A DNA stretch of 63,425 nucleotides, filler included, from Hyphochytrium catenoides (taxonomy: Eukaryota; Protista; Hyphochytriomycota): assembly GCA_900088475.1 (NCBI GenBank). It is 9 parts of 9 records of this genome, joined end to end, with 100 filler letters (N's around TTAATTAATTAA, not from the genome) between each part and the next. Parts side by side here need not be neighbours in the genome. Positions count along the whole stretch, not along the records: positions 1 to 24,622 come from FLMG01000228.1; positions 24,723 to 32,355 come from FLMG01000494.1; 7 more parts are not named here. One strand, 5' to 3'. Of the stretch, positions 13,879 to 25,989 are shown one piece after another (within the stretch, counting starts at the first letter, position 1; the number at the start of each line of letters is the position of its first letter). A program made the position numbers and the translations under genes. Below the pieces are notes generated by a model, which was given only the letters and a program-made list of their open reading frames with translations, was not told where the DNA came from and did no database searches.

Positions 13879-14282
13879 TAAGTCCGAACATCTAAGCTGG
13901 GAAGTAGTTTTGCAAGCTCCCCTGCTTTCTTGCCCCAGTGACCCTTGACCGACTTTCTAAACTTGTCTGCATCTCTGCCTGCAGAATTGGTAGAACGGGA
14001 AGGTGACTCTGAGGCTATCTCATGTCCCAAGAATAATAAGCTTTCGGGGGAATACATGGGGCTATTTGTGGTGGACTCAGAACGGGCTGTGTAACAGAGC
14101 CACTCATTGATCTGGAAGTGTCATGCTGCTGACGGGACACAAAGAAGGAAGCAGTGTAGGAGCAGAACACCATCAGGGACGAGGCAGAAGGGGAACTAAG
14201 TGTATAAAAGGAAAATGGCAGCAGATGCAAGCTTATAAAGGCTAATGTACGGGTTAGCTGTTAGGTTCGTTTACAGCTAGTG

Positions 14283-17200
14283 CTAAATAAGACCAGACGA
14301 TGTTTCACCGCAGCCCTGTAGATATGACGAGATGGCATCCTTGAAGGGCGTCAATCTCCTCTGTAGAAACTCTTCGACTGACCTCCTGTCTACGCTGAGA
14401 ACCTCAAACTGCTCTGAAGTGTCGCTGTTCTGCTCTTCTGGGTGTAAGGCGCTTCTAATCGCAGCCGGAAGCTCAGTTACTCTCAGCACGTCATTGCAAA
14501 GAATATACCGGCCACACATTGCCTCGTTCAGAAGCGCTTCTACATGGGCGTCCACGCAGTCATTGAGATCGATAAAGCCTACACAATCTTTTGCTCCTAG
14601 CTCCAAAACCTCCGGAACATCCAGAAGACAGTTCAACGCAGTTGGAATTCTGCCACCTTTTTTTCCCTGGATCCCCGAGGGCTCGCCTATGATGATGCCG
14701 GGCACGAGCACCACCAGCCGCGTCTTGTTGTTGCCATTCCCCTCACCTCCTTCCTCCTCCACTTGGCTTAGGTAGCGCTTCCACACACACTGCTCAACAA
14801 AGGAGTCAACCCAGCCATACTCCCCCATACCGCCTCCTATATAACTTTCCGGCTCAGAGGGTGGTGAGCTCCATGAATCAGCAGTGATTGGAGCGGGTAG
14901 AGGTGATGTATGTGCAGGCAAGGCCGCGCTGAGAGCGGATGTGAAAATAAACTTTGAGATCTCAGCGCGTACAGCAGACTTCACGGCCAGCTCCAGATCG
15001 GCTGCAGCATTCTCCGCCAAGCGCTGGATAGGTTCAGGCCCTTCCAAGAAACCAAACCGCCGACGCAAGGCTGGGGCTTGGATGGAGGTTCCTGTCCCTA
15101 GGTAATAAACACCGACAGCCCCTTGCATTAGCTCCATGGCATCGGTTAGGGTTAGTTTGGTGTCAGCAGCTTCAATCAGCTCCACAGGCAATCCGCTTGT
15201 CCGCAGCTCCGCTAGCAGCTCCTTCACTGCTGTGTCCACTTCTAGATCGAGTGTCCCCGCACTTGACCGTGTAACGAGCTTGACTCCTACGCCACGAGCT
15301 ACCAGAGCCGTTGTTAGCGCTAAGCCAAGGTCATTACACCCATGCCAGAGGACTACAAAGTGCGGAGGAAAGCTATTTCTGGCATCCGCCATACTCTGGC
15401 TAACTAATGGAGCAATGGGCGGAGGGTGATGCTCCATGGAGGCGGTGGAGGTATCAGGAGGAGGAGGCAGCGCTGTTGAAGGGTCTGGAGCCTTGAAAAG
15501 ACTTTCCAACATTCCAGGAGCCACCGCCTCTACCCCAACCCTGGTGATAGACCAAAGGTCTTCCCTAACCTTGCTTTCTACCTGCTGTCCAGCCTTAGTC
15601 TCGAGCGGCTCCCCAACTATCTCGGCTAAGCGCCTGATATTGCGGGAAAGAAGGTTCAGATACCACGAGTGCTCTGAAACCACTCCGTCTGGACCGCCGG
15701 GAAGTATCTGTGCATTAGGAAGTGCCTGGCCCTTCTCCCCATCTTGCTCAGAGTCTATCACAGCTTGTAGGAGAAGACGAAGATGAACGCCCCAGCGTCT
15801 AAGAATATCGCTTGGGAAAACGGCGTCTGAGCCTAGAAGCAATTCAAAGAAGAACTTCTCCAGCAGCTCTATCGCTGCACATCTCGTCTCAAAGTCAATC
15901 GCCGGAGGGCGTTCGAGCGCCTGCACCTGGGACAGGAGCTGTACTTCCCAAGGGTTCCTCTGCAGCTGCGTCACGTCAAAATGGTCTTGCAATGCACTCA
16001 GCCATGGCAACATACTCGTGTCATTACTGCGCACTTCTTTGCCCTCGTCCCCATAGCCAGAGTGCTCGACATGCAAAACAGCACTGCACAGCGGGATTAG
16101 AATGTCCTCCAGCACGAGGGAGAGGAACCACCGGGGGATCTGGTGACCCCGTAGCGCTGCCGTGAAGTGATTCAGGCATCTGAGACGGACAGCTTGGGAT
16201 GGGTGCCACGCTCCAAAGGAGAACAGTCGGAGAAGGAGGAACACTTCTAGACCTTCAGGCCCATTCCATAACGTGTCAGCTTCTACAGCAGAGGAATTAT
16301 GGCTACTCTCCATCTCATCAAGTATCGGCCGGGTAAGAAGCAGCTTCGTTAGGCCCTCTTCCAGAGCGACGCTTTCGCTCGGAAGCCCTGGTGCTTTGGA
16401 TGAGGCAAGGGAAGCGCCTATCAAGAGTGCCGCCAGTGAGCAAGGAGGGATTGAACTTATCCCAGAAGAAGGCCGTGGTGCAGTACCTTCAAGGGAAGTA
16501 GAGACAAAGACGTGAGCAAGACAAGTTCTCGTCTGGGCCAAGGCAAAAGGAACCTGCTGACTTGTCTTCAGTAACAACAAGAACAATGCGGACCACGTCG
16601 TCGGCCGGCTAATACGCGTCCCGCNNNNNNNNNNNNNNNNNNNNNNNNNNNNNNNNNNNNNNNNNNNNNNNNNNNNNNNNNNNNNNNNNNNNNNNNNNNN
16701 NNNNNNNNNNNNNNNTGTCAGCAGACAGGAAGTGGATAAAGGAGAGCGGAGAAGGAGCCTTTAGAGGCAGCAAGCTGCGAACGAAGTGCTTCTGGAGTGA
16801 TGGCCACAGAGTGTGAATCCTCTGACGATTGCACAGCAGCACCTCACTAAGCAGATGTTCACAGAAAAGTGACCCCGAAGCCGTCAGAGGGCATTCTGCA
16901 TCGCCTTCTCCCTCTGTCTTCACGCTTTCAAGCGAACCTGCAGACCCATTATCCGTCCTTGCGCCCAGAGGGGCCTCGGCAAGGGAAATCAGTACTTCCA
17001 CCAGGCCTTCGAAGGATTGAACTGGAAGATGTTTAGTCCGGAGCAGGAATCCGCTCAGGTCACAAGGTGCGAGACAATCCTGGACAAATTGACGCTGAAG
17101 GTCAAAGCGAGCAGGTGCTGAGAGGTTAGTGGCTGTGGCACTTGTGCGCAGCCCCGGACTGGCACCAGAGCTGTGAAGGGGAAATGTGCCTGAGGCACAA

Positions 17201-20200
17201 CTGGTTGGAGAGCAGGGCATGACGATTAGGTCCTCCACACTGTCGCGCCGCTCGACTGGTTCATCGACCGGCGTAGAGGCTGAGAAGGAGCCCAGGAGCC
17301 AGACAAGGTTGTCCATCAAGCTTTCCTTCTTTATCTTCCCACTTCCTTCTTCCTGTACGCTGCTTGTCGCCTTCCGTGCTCGCTCTAAGTACCAGGAGCG
17401 CTCATCCTGCGTGAGGAGCTCACTGCTTACTGAGCGAAAGAAGGCTGAAGGGAGAACTTGCATCTGACGCAACCGAGCAAGGCACAAAATGAGCGCCCGC
17501 CATGCAGCAAGTACTTCCTGTCCATCATTCTTCGCAATGGAGAACGCGGCCACGGTGGCGACTTGCTGCAATCTGTCGCTGCAGTATTGCTCCATGAAGT
17601 GTTCCAGAGCTTCAGAGGGCGGTCGCCGACTGCCAGGACCACTATTGTCACCGCGCGTGCCTTCCACATCCTTTGGCAGAGGCTCCATCAGATGTGAGGC
17701 TCTGCAGAGCGTGTTGACCACTGCGTCCACAACATCGGAGCGTTTATGCGAGCAGCCAAGACGCGATAGAAGCACCATGACATCGGTGACACGCTTCAGT
17801 GCCTGGACCTGTTCAGCATCTCTCGATATTCTTTGACTGTTTTCAAAGGCACGTGTCAACCCATGCAGCAGAACTTCCCAGAAGGAGGAGAGGATGAGCT
17901 CATCGTAAATGGACTGGCTTAAAAGGAGCTCTAGCTCCGACAGATCTGAATCTGTCGCCTCGAAATCTTGCCTTTCATGGGTGGTTATTTGCTCATAGCT
18001 GCGATCTGACTCCGCCTGCCGTAGCAGGTCTTTCCAGCGATCATGCGTTACTTCTCCATGTGAGCCGTCATCGCATGTACGGATCTGGTAAGACTGTATG
18101 GACTGGTAGATATTGTCCAAGTACTCTTCTGGAAGAGTTACACCACGCGATACCTCTTCTCCGTAGTTGACATTATTCCGGCGAAAGTCTTGCAGGGACA
18201 TGCGTTTCTCTGGCCTGATATTAGGATTGTGCAGGTCCGTGTTCAGCATGATTATGGAGAATGAGAGGAGGTAAGCAACATCCACGGTAGCAAGCAGAGG
18301 TTTGTCTGCACAGTCTCGATATACTTGATGGGCAAAGCACTGCAGAATTCTGTCAATTTGCTGCGCTTCACCAGGCAGACGGAAGCTAGATAGGAACATT
18401 CTGAGACTATCGAGAAGGGTCTGAGATCGAAAATCAAAAGTGTCCACGAAATCCTTGAGGACTTGCTCGTGAAATTCCACTGTCTCGCCCTCATAGGTGG
18501 CTTCTCCGTTTTTCCCGATCGGGTCCTTTCCCACAGTCCCAATGTAAGCCCCAACGGCTACCTTGTCCAGCCCTTCCGGAAGAGCTCGAAGAAAGCTTGC
18601 CACTGACTTGGGAGTGAGAGGAATTGGAAGAATGCTTTGCTCCTGCAAGTACCTCAACCCTTTCTTGGCGGATTGGTTGAATAATCTGGCGCCTTCGACC
18701 ATCGCTTTCTTAGCGTTGCGTAGAGACTGAAGCTCAGCGGGGGACAGCCGACGGCTCTGGCCAAGATCCTGACTGAAGAGCTTTACCGCAACCTTCTCAC
18801 GCACTTCAGGAGGGATAACAGTCGGCAGGGCCGTACAGCGGCGCACTAGAGTGTGAAGCATATTATGCAGAGCCCCCAACGCTAGCTTACTGAAGGTTCC
18901 TGTGACGTCCCAAACTAAGCTACCGGAGACCATTTGCTCCTCTTCCTCCGGTAGCCGTGCACTAGCCATAAGACTTAGCGCCCGAGCGGTCTGGACTAGG
19001 ATGTCTGAGCTGTGCACATCAGCGTCATAGTTAAGAAAAAGATCTGCCAGTATCCCCTCTTCCGTGAGGAGATCCGTCAGAAACTCCAAGACGATTTCAG
19101 TTTCGGCATATGATTGCCGCGAGAAGGGTCCTAGGACAAAACTTGGCGGGAAACCCTTATCCCCGTGAGCTTTTAAGGATGAGGAGTAGGAGAGCTGCAG
19201 GGTGCCCAAAATCACACCATTGAAAATGGCTTGCACCTGCATTTTAAGATGTCGCCGGGAAGTAGTCCATAGAATATGAAAGAGCTGAAGTGCTCCTATC
19301 GTGGCCTTATAAGAGTCAGGGCGCTGATATCGCCCAGCGCTGAGAATGATACGACATAAGTCATCCTTGACCAAGGTCAAAAGGGCTGGAACTTTATCTA
19401 GCGACGATCTGGCGCCTTCCAGTGCTTCTTGTATGGTCTGCGTGAAAACGAACGTTTGCAGGTTTAGAGAAGAGTTCAACGTGACTAGATAGAAAGGATC
19501 AGGAGTACCTTCAGACAGAAGCAGATGTCGCCCAATGCACTCTCTTTGGTGCTAACAAGATCCTCTAGAACTCGATGGCAAAGGAAAGCAAAAGCCTTCA
19601 CCGCACAAGGCAGCCCATAGCGCCGTCGCGGCCTTCCATCATTATCGACAGGTTTTGCGTCCACGACGTCCTCCAGTTGCTGAAAGAGACTTCGAATAAG
19701 TCCGTAGGATGTCTCTTGAGCGACGACTGCAATGGATAATGAATGCTGCGCCGAACTATCTGTCAGACGAAAGCATGCCTGAAGGATGTCCCACATGGCA
19801 GCGTCTGACAACAGGGCGGAAGCCCCTTGCCTGACACACGATGACAGAGCCTAGAGATCGCATCCACAATGGCGGAGGAAAATATGAGAAGTCAAATACG
19901 GCACGGGAAGCTGGTGTCGCGGATGTTAACGATCCTTGAGGGTAGGTGGGGATTTAAGGTCCCGCGAGAGACAGGAAACATCTTCATAGACATTTAGCGA
20001 AGGATAACCCGTGACTCACCTCCAGTATCTGTATAAGGACCGCCTCGTCCGTACCAGGGCCAGAAGACATGAACTTACAATGACTCAGCGCATCTACCGT
20101 GTCCATAATAGCATCTTCCGCACCTTGAAAGTACAAGCCTAGAATGGGACAATGTTGTCAAGAGGAGCTCACGTGAGTAGTCCAAACGAAATCTTACCTA

Positions 20201-20543
20201 GGATGCCGCACCGCAGCATCCTCAGGATGCCTTGCAAAGCTGCGCCCGTGAAACGCGCCGTCGTCTCTGGAGCTCGAACGATGTGAAGAAAAGGCGCTAG
20301 CAGAGAAGAGCAACTCAACCCCACCGTAGTGGAGTTCATGTGGAGCTCATCTCGCAGTCTGCCAAGATTCCGAAGATAGACATCCACAGCTGCCACAGTC
20401 GTTGCTTCCTCTCCATATTCTTGATGAACCAACAACCATGGGCTTTCACTTTTTATGAAGGCAACGAGCGTTTGCACTTCTGTAAGGACAGCTCCTCGCA
20501 TGGACCTATCCGGCTGCATCAAGGGTTGCGCCAATCCTGGCAT
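14283..20543 (-). CDS. GBF1/GNOM-type Sec7 ARF guanine-nucleotide exchange factor with a C-terminal SDR-like domain
   Basis: DCB-like N-terminus (LAPFLHIVRAPETTARFTGAAL), HUS-like box (LFLNYDAD), and Sec7 motifs FRLPGEAQQIDRI and SIIMLNTDLHN. The downstream 767-aa frame stays open up to the N gap at 16625-16715. Confidence 0.85.
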
Positions 20544-21516
20544 CCTGCTGGTCTTTTCGACGACTAGCCTTGGATACGAAGCACTCTAGATTTTAAGGAC
20601 TTCCGACCTCAGTGCATGGGCAGTAACGGCAGCCGCGTTTGGGAGCAGAGGAAGCCACCGCAGAGATAATGTTTCGCCATGCCAGGAGCCCTTCGCTATA
20701 GGTGAGCTCACGTCTTCGGTGAAGAGCGAACGCGGCTCGTTGGCGATGTCCACCAAACTTGGAGTCCCCTACTGCGGCTTGTTGAGCCAGCCGCAATGCC
20801 GAGGTCCTTCTTGATAGTCTCTGTAGTACTGCAATGGGGGAATGCTGCTAGCCAAGGGCGGCGTGTCAAGCTGGGCCGAGCTGGGTTGTTACAGCTCCAA
20901 TCTCGATGCTCTACCTCGATGATGTTCCTCTAGGCTGGTGCCCCTCGCGATAGAGTGTGCTTGCTCCTGATGACCGACAGGACAGACAGGCCCGCGAGGA
21001 CTATAAAGTCTGGTTGTACATTAGGTGAAGTACAGAACCTAGCTGTAAGATCAGGACACAAGCCATAATGATTATCACAGGAACAGTGGTCCTCTACAAG
21101 TGAATTTGCCTTCAAATATGACGTTATTGGCATATGATGAATTATGATAACACCGTTTAGCATTTTGTAGGTAATATAAAGGCACACCCCACCAAAACTG
21201 TAAAATAACGCTGGCAGTGACTGTGAAACGTCATTGCTGTCAAATATACGCCCAAAGTTACCCTCCTTCCTTCTCAATCCTTCAACCTTTTCTGCATCAG
21301 CTTCTCGCCGGCGCGGGAGTTCAATCAGAATGATCGCTGTCGGCATGAAGCTGAAGGATACAGTTGAGCGGGGAAAAAATCTTGTCACTCTTACTAGGAC
21401 GGCACATTAGCTCATCCAGCACGTTCAGAGTGGCAAAGATAGACCCAGATTTCTCGCCCGGGGCTAATCTTGTGCAACGCACACCATCCAAGACGCTCGC
21501 CTCGGATCTGTCCATC

Positions 21517-22584
21517 ATGGAAGACGCACTAGCGCCCGGAAACAAGAATCAGGAGCTTGGGCTGCTCCAGGTCCTGAAGAAGAAGATCGTGGCGTACAGA
21601 CTGGCCCTTGGTGGTTTAGCGGTCGTCACTCTCATCGTCGTCGCCCTTGCCATTAGCGGAGTGTTCAACTCCGGGGAAGGTGGTAGCGGAGAAGCAAAAG
21701 GCACGGCCCTGGTCTTTCATGCGGCGTCTTTGGTCAATCTGATGCAAAATGCCATGTCACAAGCTTTCTTCAAGGAGACGGGCTACGAGCTTCTTGCCGT
21801 GGCCAAGGGCTCGGTAGCGCTAGCCCACGATATGAGAGATGATGGCCTCCGAGCGGACATATTCATTAGCGCTGACCCTGCCGTGGACGAGCTTCTGATG
21901 GGCTCAGAGAATGGCAACCTTATATCTTGGTACGTTCAGTTCTCCAGGACAGGATTGGGGCTCGGCTACAGTCCTCTGAGCCCCTTCAAAGACAACTTCG
22001 AGGCAATTCGTAACGGCTCACGACCATGGTATGACGTCCTGGCAGATCCAAGGCTCAAGATTGGCCGCACCGACCCTGACCTCGATCCCAAAGGTTACCG
22101 GACTGTCATCGCTGTTGAGCTGGCGCAAAGCCTGCACAACAAATCAGGACTGGTAGATGCAATCCTGGGCGGCGTGAACAACAACAGACAATTCTTCACG
22201 GAGGAGAACCTCGAAAAATACGTCAGTGCAGGCGATCTGGATGTCGGATTCTTCTATGAAGGAGAGATTTATGGGTCGAAGATGGTGTTCATTCCTCTGC
22301 CCCGGGAGATTGACCAGAGCGACCCCACCCTCAATGGCCAATATTCCCTCGCATCCTATCGCAGCCGCAAAAATGGAAAGGTGTACAATGGTTCAGCTGT
22401 GGTCTACACTGCATCCATCCCAAGTTGCGTGAAGAACAAGACGGCAGCTATTGCGTTCATGGATCTCCTCCTATCTGAGAAGGGCAAGACACTCATGACG
22501 ACGCACGGCTTCCATCCTATGGGTTATGAGCTCCGTGGCGATAAAGCTGCCGTTCCAGTTGAGCTTCATCAGTATCTACCTTAG
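21517..22584 (+). CDS. WtpA/ModA-like tungstate/molybdate ABC-transporter substrate-binding protein with N-terminal TM anchor, intronless
   Basis: VFHAASL, KGSVALA, ADIFISAD, PWYDVL, GRTDPDLDPKGYRT, FTEENL...GDLDVGFFY and VVYTASIP match the WtpA-type SBP pattern. First ATG at 21517 is in frame with the ORF-track ORF from 21364. Basic residues precede a hydrophobic helix (LALGGLAVVTLIVVALAISGVF). Confidence 0.85.
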   Translation: MEDALAPGNKNQELGLLQVLKKKIVAYRLALGGLAVVTLIVVALAISGVFNSGEGGSGEAKGTALVFHAASLVNLMQNAMSQAFFKETGYELLAVAKGSVALAHDMRDDGLRADIFISADPAVDELLMGSENGNLISWYVQFSRTGLGLGYSPLSPFKDNFEAIRNGSRPWYDVLADPRLKIGRTDPDLDPKGYRTVIAVELAQSLHNKSGLVDAILGGVNNNRQFFTEENLEKYVSAGDLDVGFFYEGEIYGSKMVFIPLPREIDQSDPTLNGQYSLASYRSRKNGKVYNGSAVVYTASIPSCVKNKTAAIAFMDLLLSEKGKTLMTTHGFHPMGYELRGDKAAVPVELHQYLP

Positions 22585-24622
22585 ATAATTTTGGTGTCGG
22601 TAGCGTAAGGTCGCGCGTTCCCCGGTCCTAGTTCGCCTTGATCGGGGCATAATTTTACTAATGAACTGGCAGCGTCGGCTTCTAATCTTCCTAGTCAACC
22701 TTTACCTAGCAGACTCAAGGATCTAGGTCTGCGGTAGTTTCCTCTCTTTCTTTGTAAAGAAACTGCCTCTCTTCCTTGTGCTCTCGATGCTGAAATGGGA
22801 TCTAGCTCCACATGAATCATCAGCCGCTGTCGGCCCTCCTGTAAGAAGAGGTGACTCTCAAAGCAGGACGACAGATACTAAATGGCTGTCATTACCGTTT
22901 GCGCTAGTCAGGCTACACAAAGGCAAGGTGCAAATGCCTATCCAAAGTGAGCCAAGAAGCATGATATATAAGCGCTGTGAACTATACCACCAAGAAAGAA
23001 GATGGAGAATGTTCATGGTAACGAAAACGTACATCTGCTTGCACACTAGATATTAGTCACCGGTGTAGCGCACCCTAACGAGAGTACGCCTTACCAGTAA
23101 GTAGCATAGTGCTTCTAAACTTTTCAGAAGCATTGGTAGAACTAGCACGTACTGTCATGGTCAGCACTGGGGGAATACTAACGAGGTGAGAAGTGATGGA
23201 TAACACATATATCTGCGCGAAGCGAGAAGCTCTATCTTTTATCAACTCGCAGCTAATAAGGAGGACTATCTTACAACCAATGATGCTAACTAGTTCTTTG
23301 TTAAGGGTCGTGACGCTGACTCTTTTTCTCCTATGCCCCAGGTAGGCAGCAGAACCTTCTCCCTGGTGGCCTTGGGTGGCGGCCTTCCACCCACCTCTGG
23401 TGATAGCGTATAGCTTATAGGCGTTGATGACTCCTTGCTGAACTCTTTGCCGCACCGTTAACTTCAGTTCACGCTATTTCAGCAGTGCCAAACATTATTG
23501 CAAAAGCAGGAGAGAAGAGGTGAATCAAAGTAATAGCTGCACGACGTTGAGAGTTCAACTCGTAAAGGGCAAGTTAGACAAGTAAAGGGAAATAGATAAT
23601 ATTTGCTGGCCGATCACTGGAATTTGGCACATTGAGCTGGAGAAGGAAGAACGACTAGGCCAATCCTAGAGGAATGCATTCCTTAGCATCGTAGAGGAAC
23701 AGCATTTGAGAGGACATAAAGGCCTTTATATGGAAGTGCTTCGACCTAATATCTACTAGTATGGTGGTATCTTGGCGGTGTCGTGGTAAGCTCATTGAAG
23801 GTCTCACCGCCCTTCCAGCCATCCAGGAAACCTGTTTTAATATCCTTTTGTTATGATGAAAATATATAAACTGCTAGCAAGTCCTTAGCAGAAGAAGAAG
23901 AAGAAAAAAGAAGAAAGACAAGAAGAAAAAAGAGTAGCAGGAAGACAAAAGCAGGAGCTACGAAGACTCTCCATAATCCCTCTACCATCCCTGACAAGGA
24001 ATGCTCTTGAAGGATCAGATGATGAAGAGCAACTGCATTGAAGATTCACAAGCCGTTCCACAAAGCCAAAATAGAACACTACCACCCGTAGCCCGTCCCA
24101 AAGATCCCCAAAGTGACGGGACAACCTGCGAGCCCTGCAACAGCCTTACAGCGAGCCTCCATCATACTTCTCTTTTACGTCATTAGTAGTGTACTCAACT
24201 TAATGACCCTGATTAAAGCCGGCACCACGGACCGCCGCTGGCATAAAGACGAGTTCTAGGTTGCAGCGAAGTTGTGATGGGCACATCCAAAGCCGTTCCT
24301 GAGACCAATCAGAGAAGGGACGAACCGATGGAACTCCGGGTAGTGGTTCGGTCCGGAAGGAGGCGGTGAATGGAAAGGTCCACGGGAGACTCCACGACCA
24401 GAAATCCGCGGAAAAGCCGAAAGAAGAGAACGTTTTGCACTCTGATGACGGTGACAGTGTTTGGACGACAGGCTTAAAGCAAGCCAGCCATGATCGTCGA
24501 AAGCTCTTCTGCCAGATTGCTTCCAGCTCCTCCTCCTGCTGGTGATGATGATACTCTGTCGCCGCGGTGGTGGTGCTAATCAGCGTCATCGTCGTGTTCA
24601 AGACCTTCTATTTCATGCTTTT

Positions 24623-24722
24623 NNNNNNNNNNNNNNNNNNNNNNNNNNNNNNNNNNNNNNNNNNNNTTAATTAATTAANNNNNNNNNNNNNNNNNNNNNN
24701 NNNNNNNNNNNNNNNNNNNNNN
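24623..24722. other. Artificial contig-join linker (44 N + TTAATTAATTAA + 44 N). Repeated at 32356-32455, 33649-33748, 35169-35268, 36414-36513, 38683-38782, 52277-52376 and 61792-61891.
   Basis: The same 100-nt cassette, with stop codons in all six frames, occurs eight times. Confidence 0.97.
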
Positions 24723-25118
24723 CTCTTTCTTTCTTTCTTTCTCTCTCTCACACTCTTTCAGTCTTTCTCTCTCTTTCCTTTCAAACCTCGCTTCTTCTAT
24801 CTATCTACTTTTTTCCTCTTTCTCTCTCTTTCTTTTTCCTCTTTCTCTCGACTTTAAAGGCTGATTTTTTAGCCATCCTACCGCCCCATCTTTACATTTT
24901 ATTGTTCTACGTCTCTTCTCATTTCTTGCTCCTTCCTCTCCCTCCTCTTTTGCCTCTCCGGTCCTCTCTTTTGGTTCCCTATCTTGTCTATCGCCAGTTA
25001 ACAGGTTGTTCGACCCTACTCTTTCTCTCTCTGTTTCTCTCTCTCTCTGTTTCTCTCTCTCTGTCTGCTCTCTCTCTCTCCCTCTCTCTCTTTCTTCCTT
25101 TCTCTTCCCTCCTAAAAG

Positions 25119-25630
25119 GCACGCACCATGGGCTGGACATCACTTTCCTCTTTGGCTCCACGATGCTGGAGAAGTTTCTTCCCACAGAAGTCGAAGTCCA
25201 CCGCAATATGACCTCCACCTGGGGCTGGTACATAAGAGAGAGAGACCTTGAAAGCCCTTCGTCTTCTCTCTCTCATCTCTCCTGGCCCCAGTATCGCACA
25301 GAAGAAGGCTCAGGGACTGTCCTGCGGTTCGAAGACACGCAGATGGAATATGGAGAGAGACCCGCTGTCTGCTCTCTTTGGGACTCTCTTCTCTCTCCTG
25401 AGTCTCTCATCAAATTCCCAGGAGACGCGGTGGAGACGCCGCTGTCCAAGTTTTTGAACCAGCATGTTCCTCAGGTGCTGAGGAGAGTTGGACTGAAGAC
25501 AGCCCTTGGTGTCTCTCTTCTCTCTCTCTTTCTTCTTCTTTCTCTTCTTGCCTGGCCTTTCGCGCGCTGGGTGAAGGGAAGAAAGAGTTCTCAAGCACAT
25601 CTCCTTTCCTTGGAGAAAAAGTTAGAGTGA
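25119..25630 (+). CDS. Last exon of a type-B carboxylesterase/cholinesterase-like protein with C-terminal TM tail (5' part absent)
   Basis: After a polypyrimidine tract and AG: GTHHGLDITFLFG (catalytic-His motif), WPQY, C..WD, then hydrophobic LGVSLLSLFLLLSLLAWPF. Confidence 0.7.
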
Positions 25631-25989
25631 AAGTTGAGAGAGAGAGAAAGAAAGAGAGAGAGAAAGAGAGAGAGAGGGAGGGAGAGAGAGACACTAGATG
25701 CGAGCTCTTACCATTTGCCTTCCAATGCTGCTTGTTCACTTGTTTCTAATTTCTCTTCTATCGCCTACTCTCTCGATCTCCTTTCTCTTTCTTACGCGTC
25801 TCTCTAGAAATAGTTCCCCTCTCTCTCTCTCTTTACTTACTTCTCTCTCTCTCACTCTTTCTCTCTCTCTCCCTCTTCCCCATCCGTTTCCTCTCAAAGG
25901 CAACAGTTAGACAAAACAAAAAGACTTTCTTATAATTCAACATTAACAACAATAAATCTATAGCTTTCTTCCTTCCCTTAAGACATCCC

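Noticed and set aside
22778-24601. ABC permease/ATPase partners for the WtpA-like gene
   Set aside because: The short ORFs here show no Walker A/B, ABC signature or EAA-loop motifs.
24667-24678. Recurrent TTAATTAATTAA palindrome as a biological repeat or recombination site
   Set aside because: It is always flanked by exactly 44 N on each side, so it is an assembly linker.
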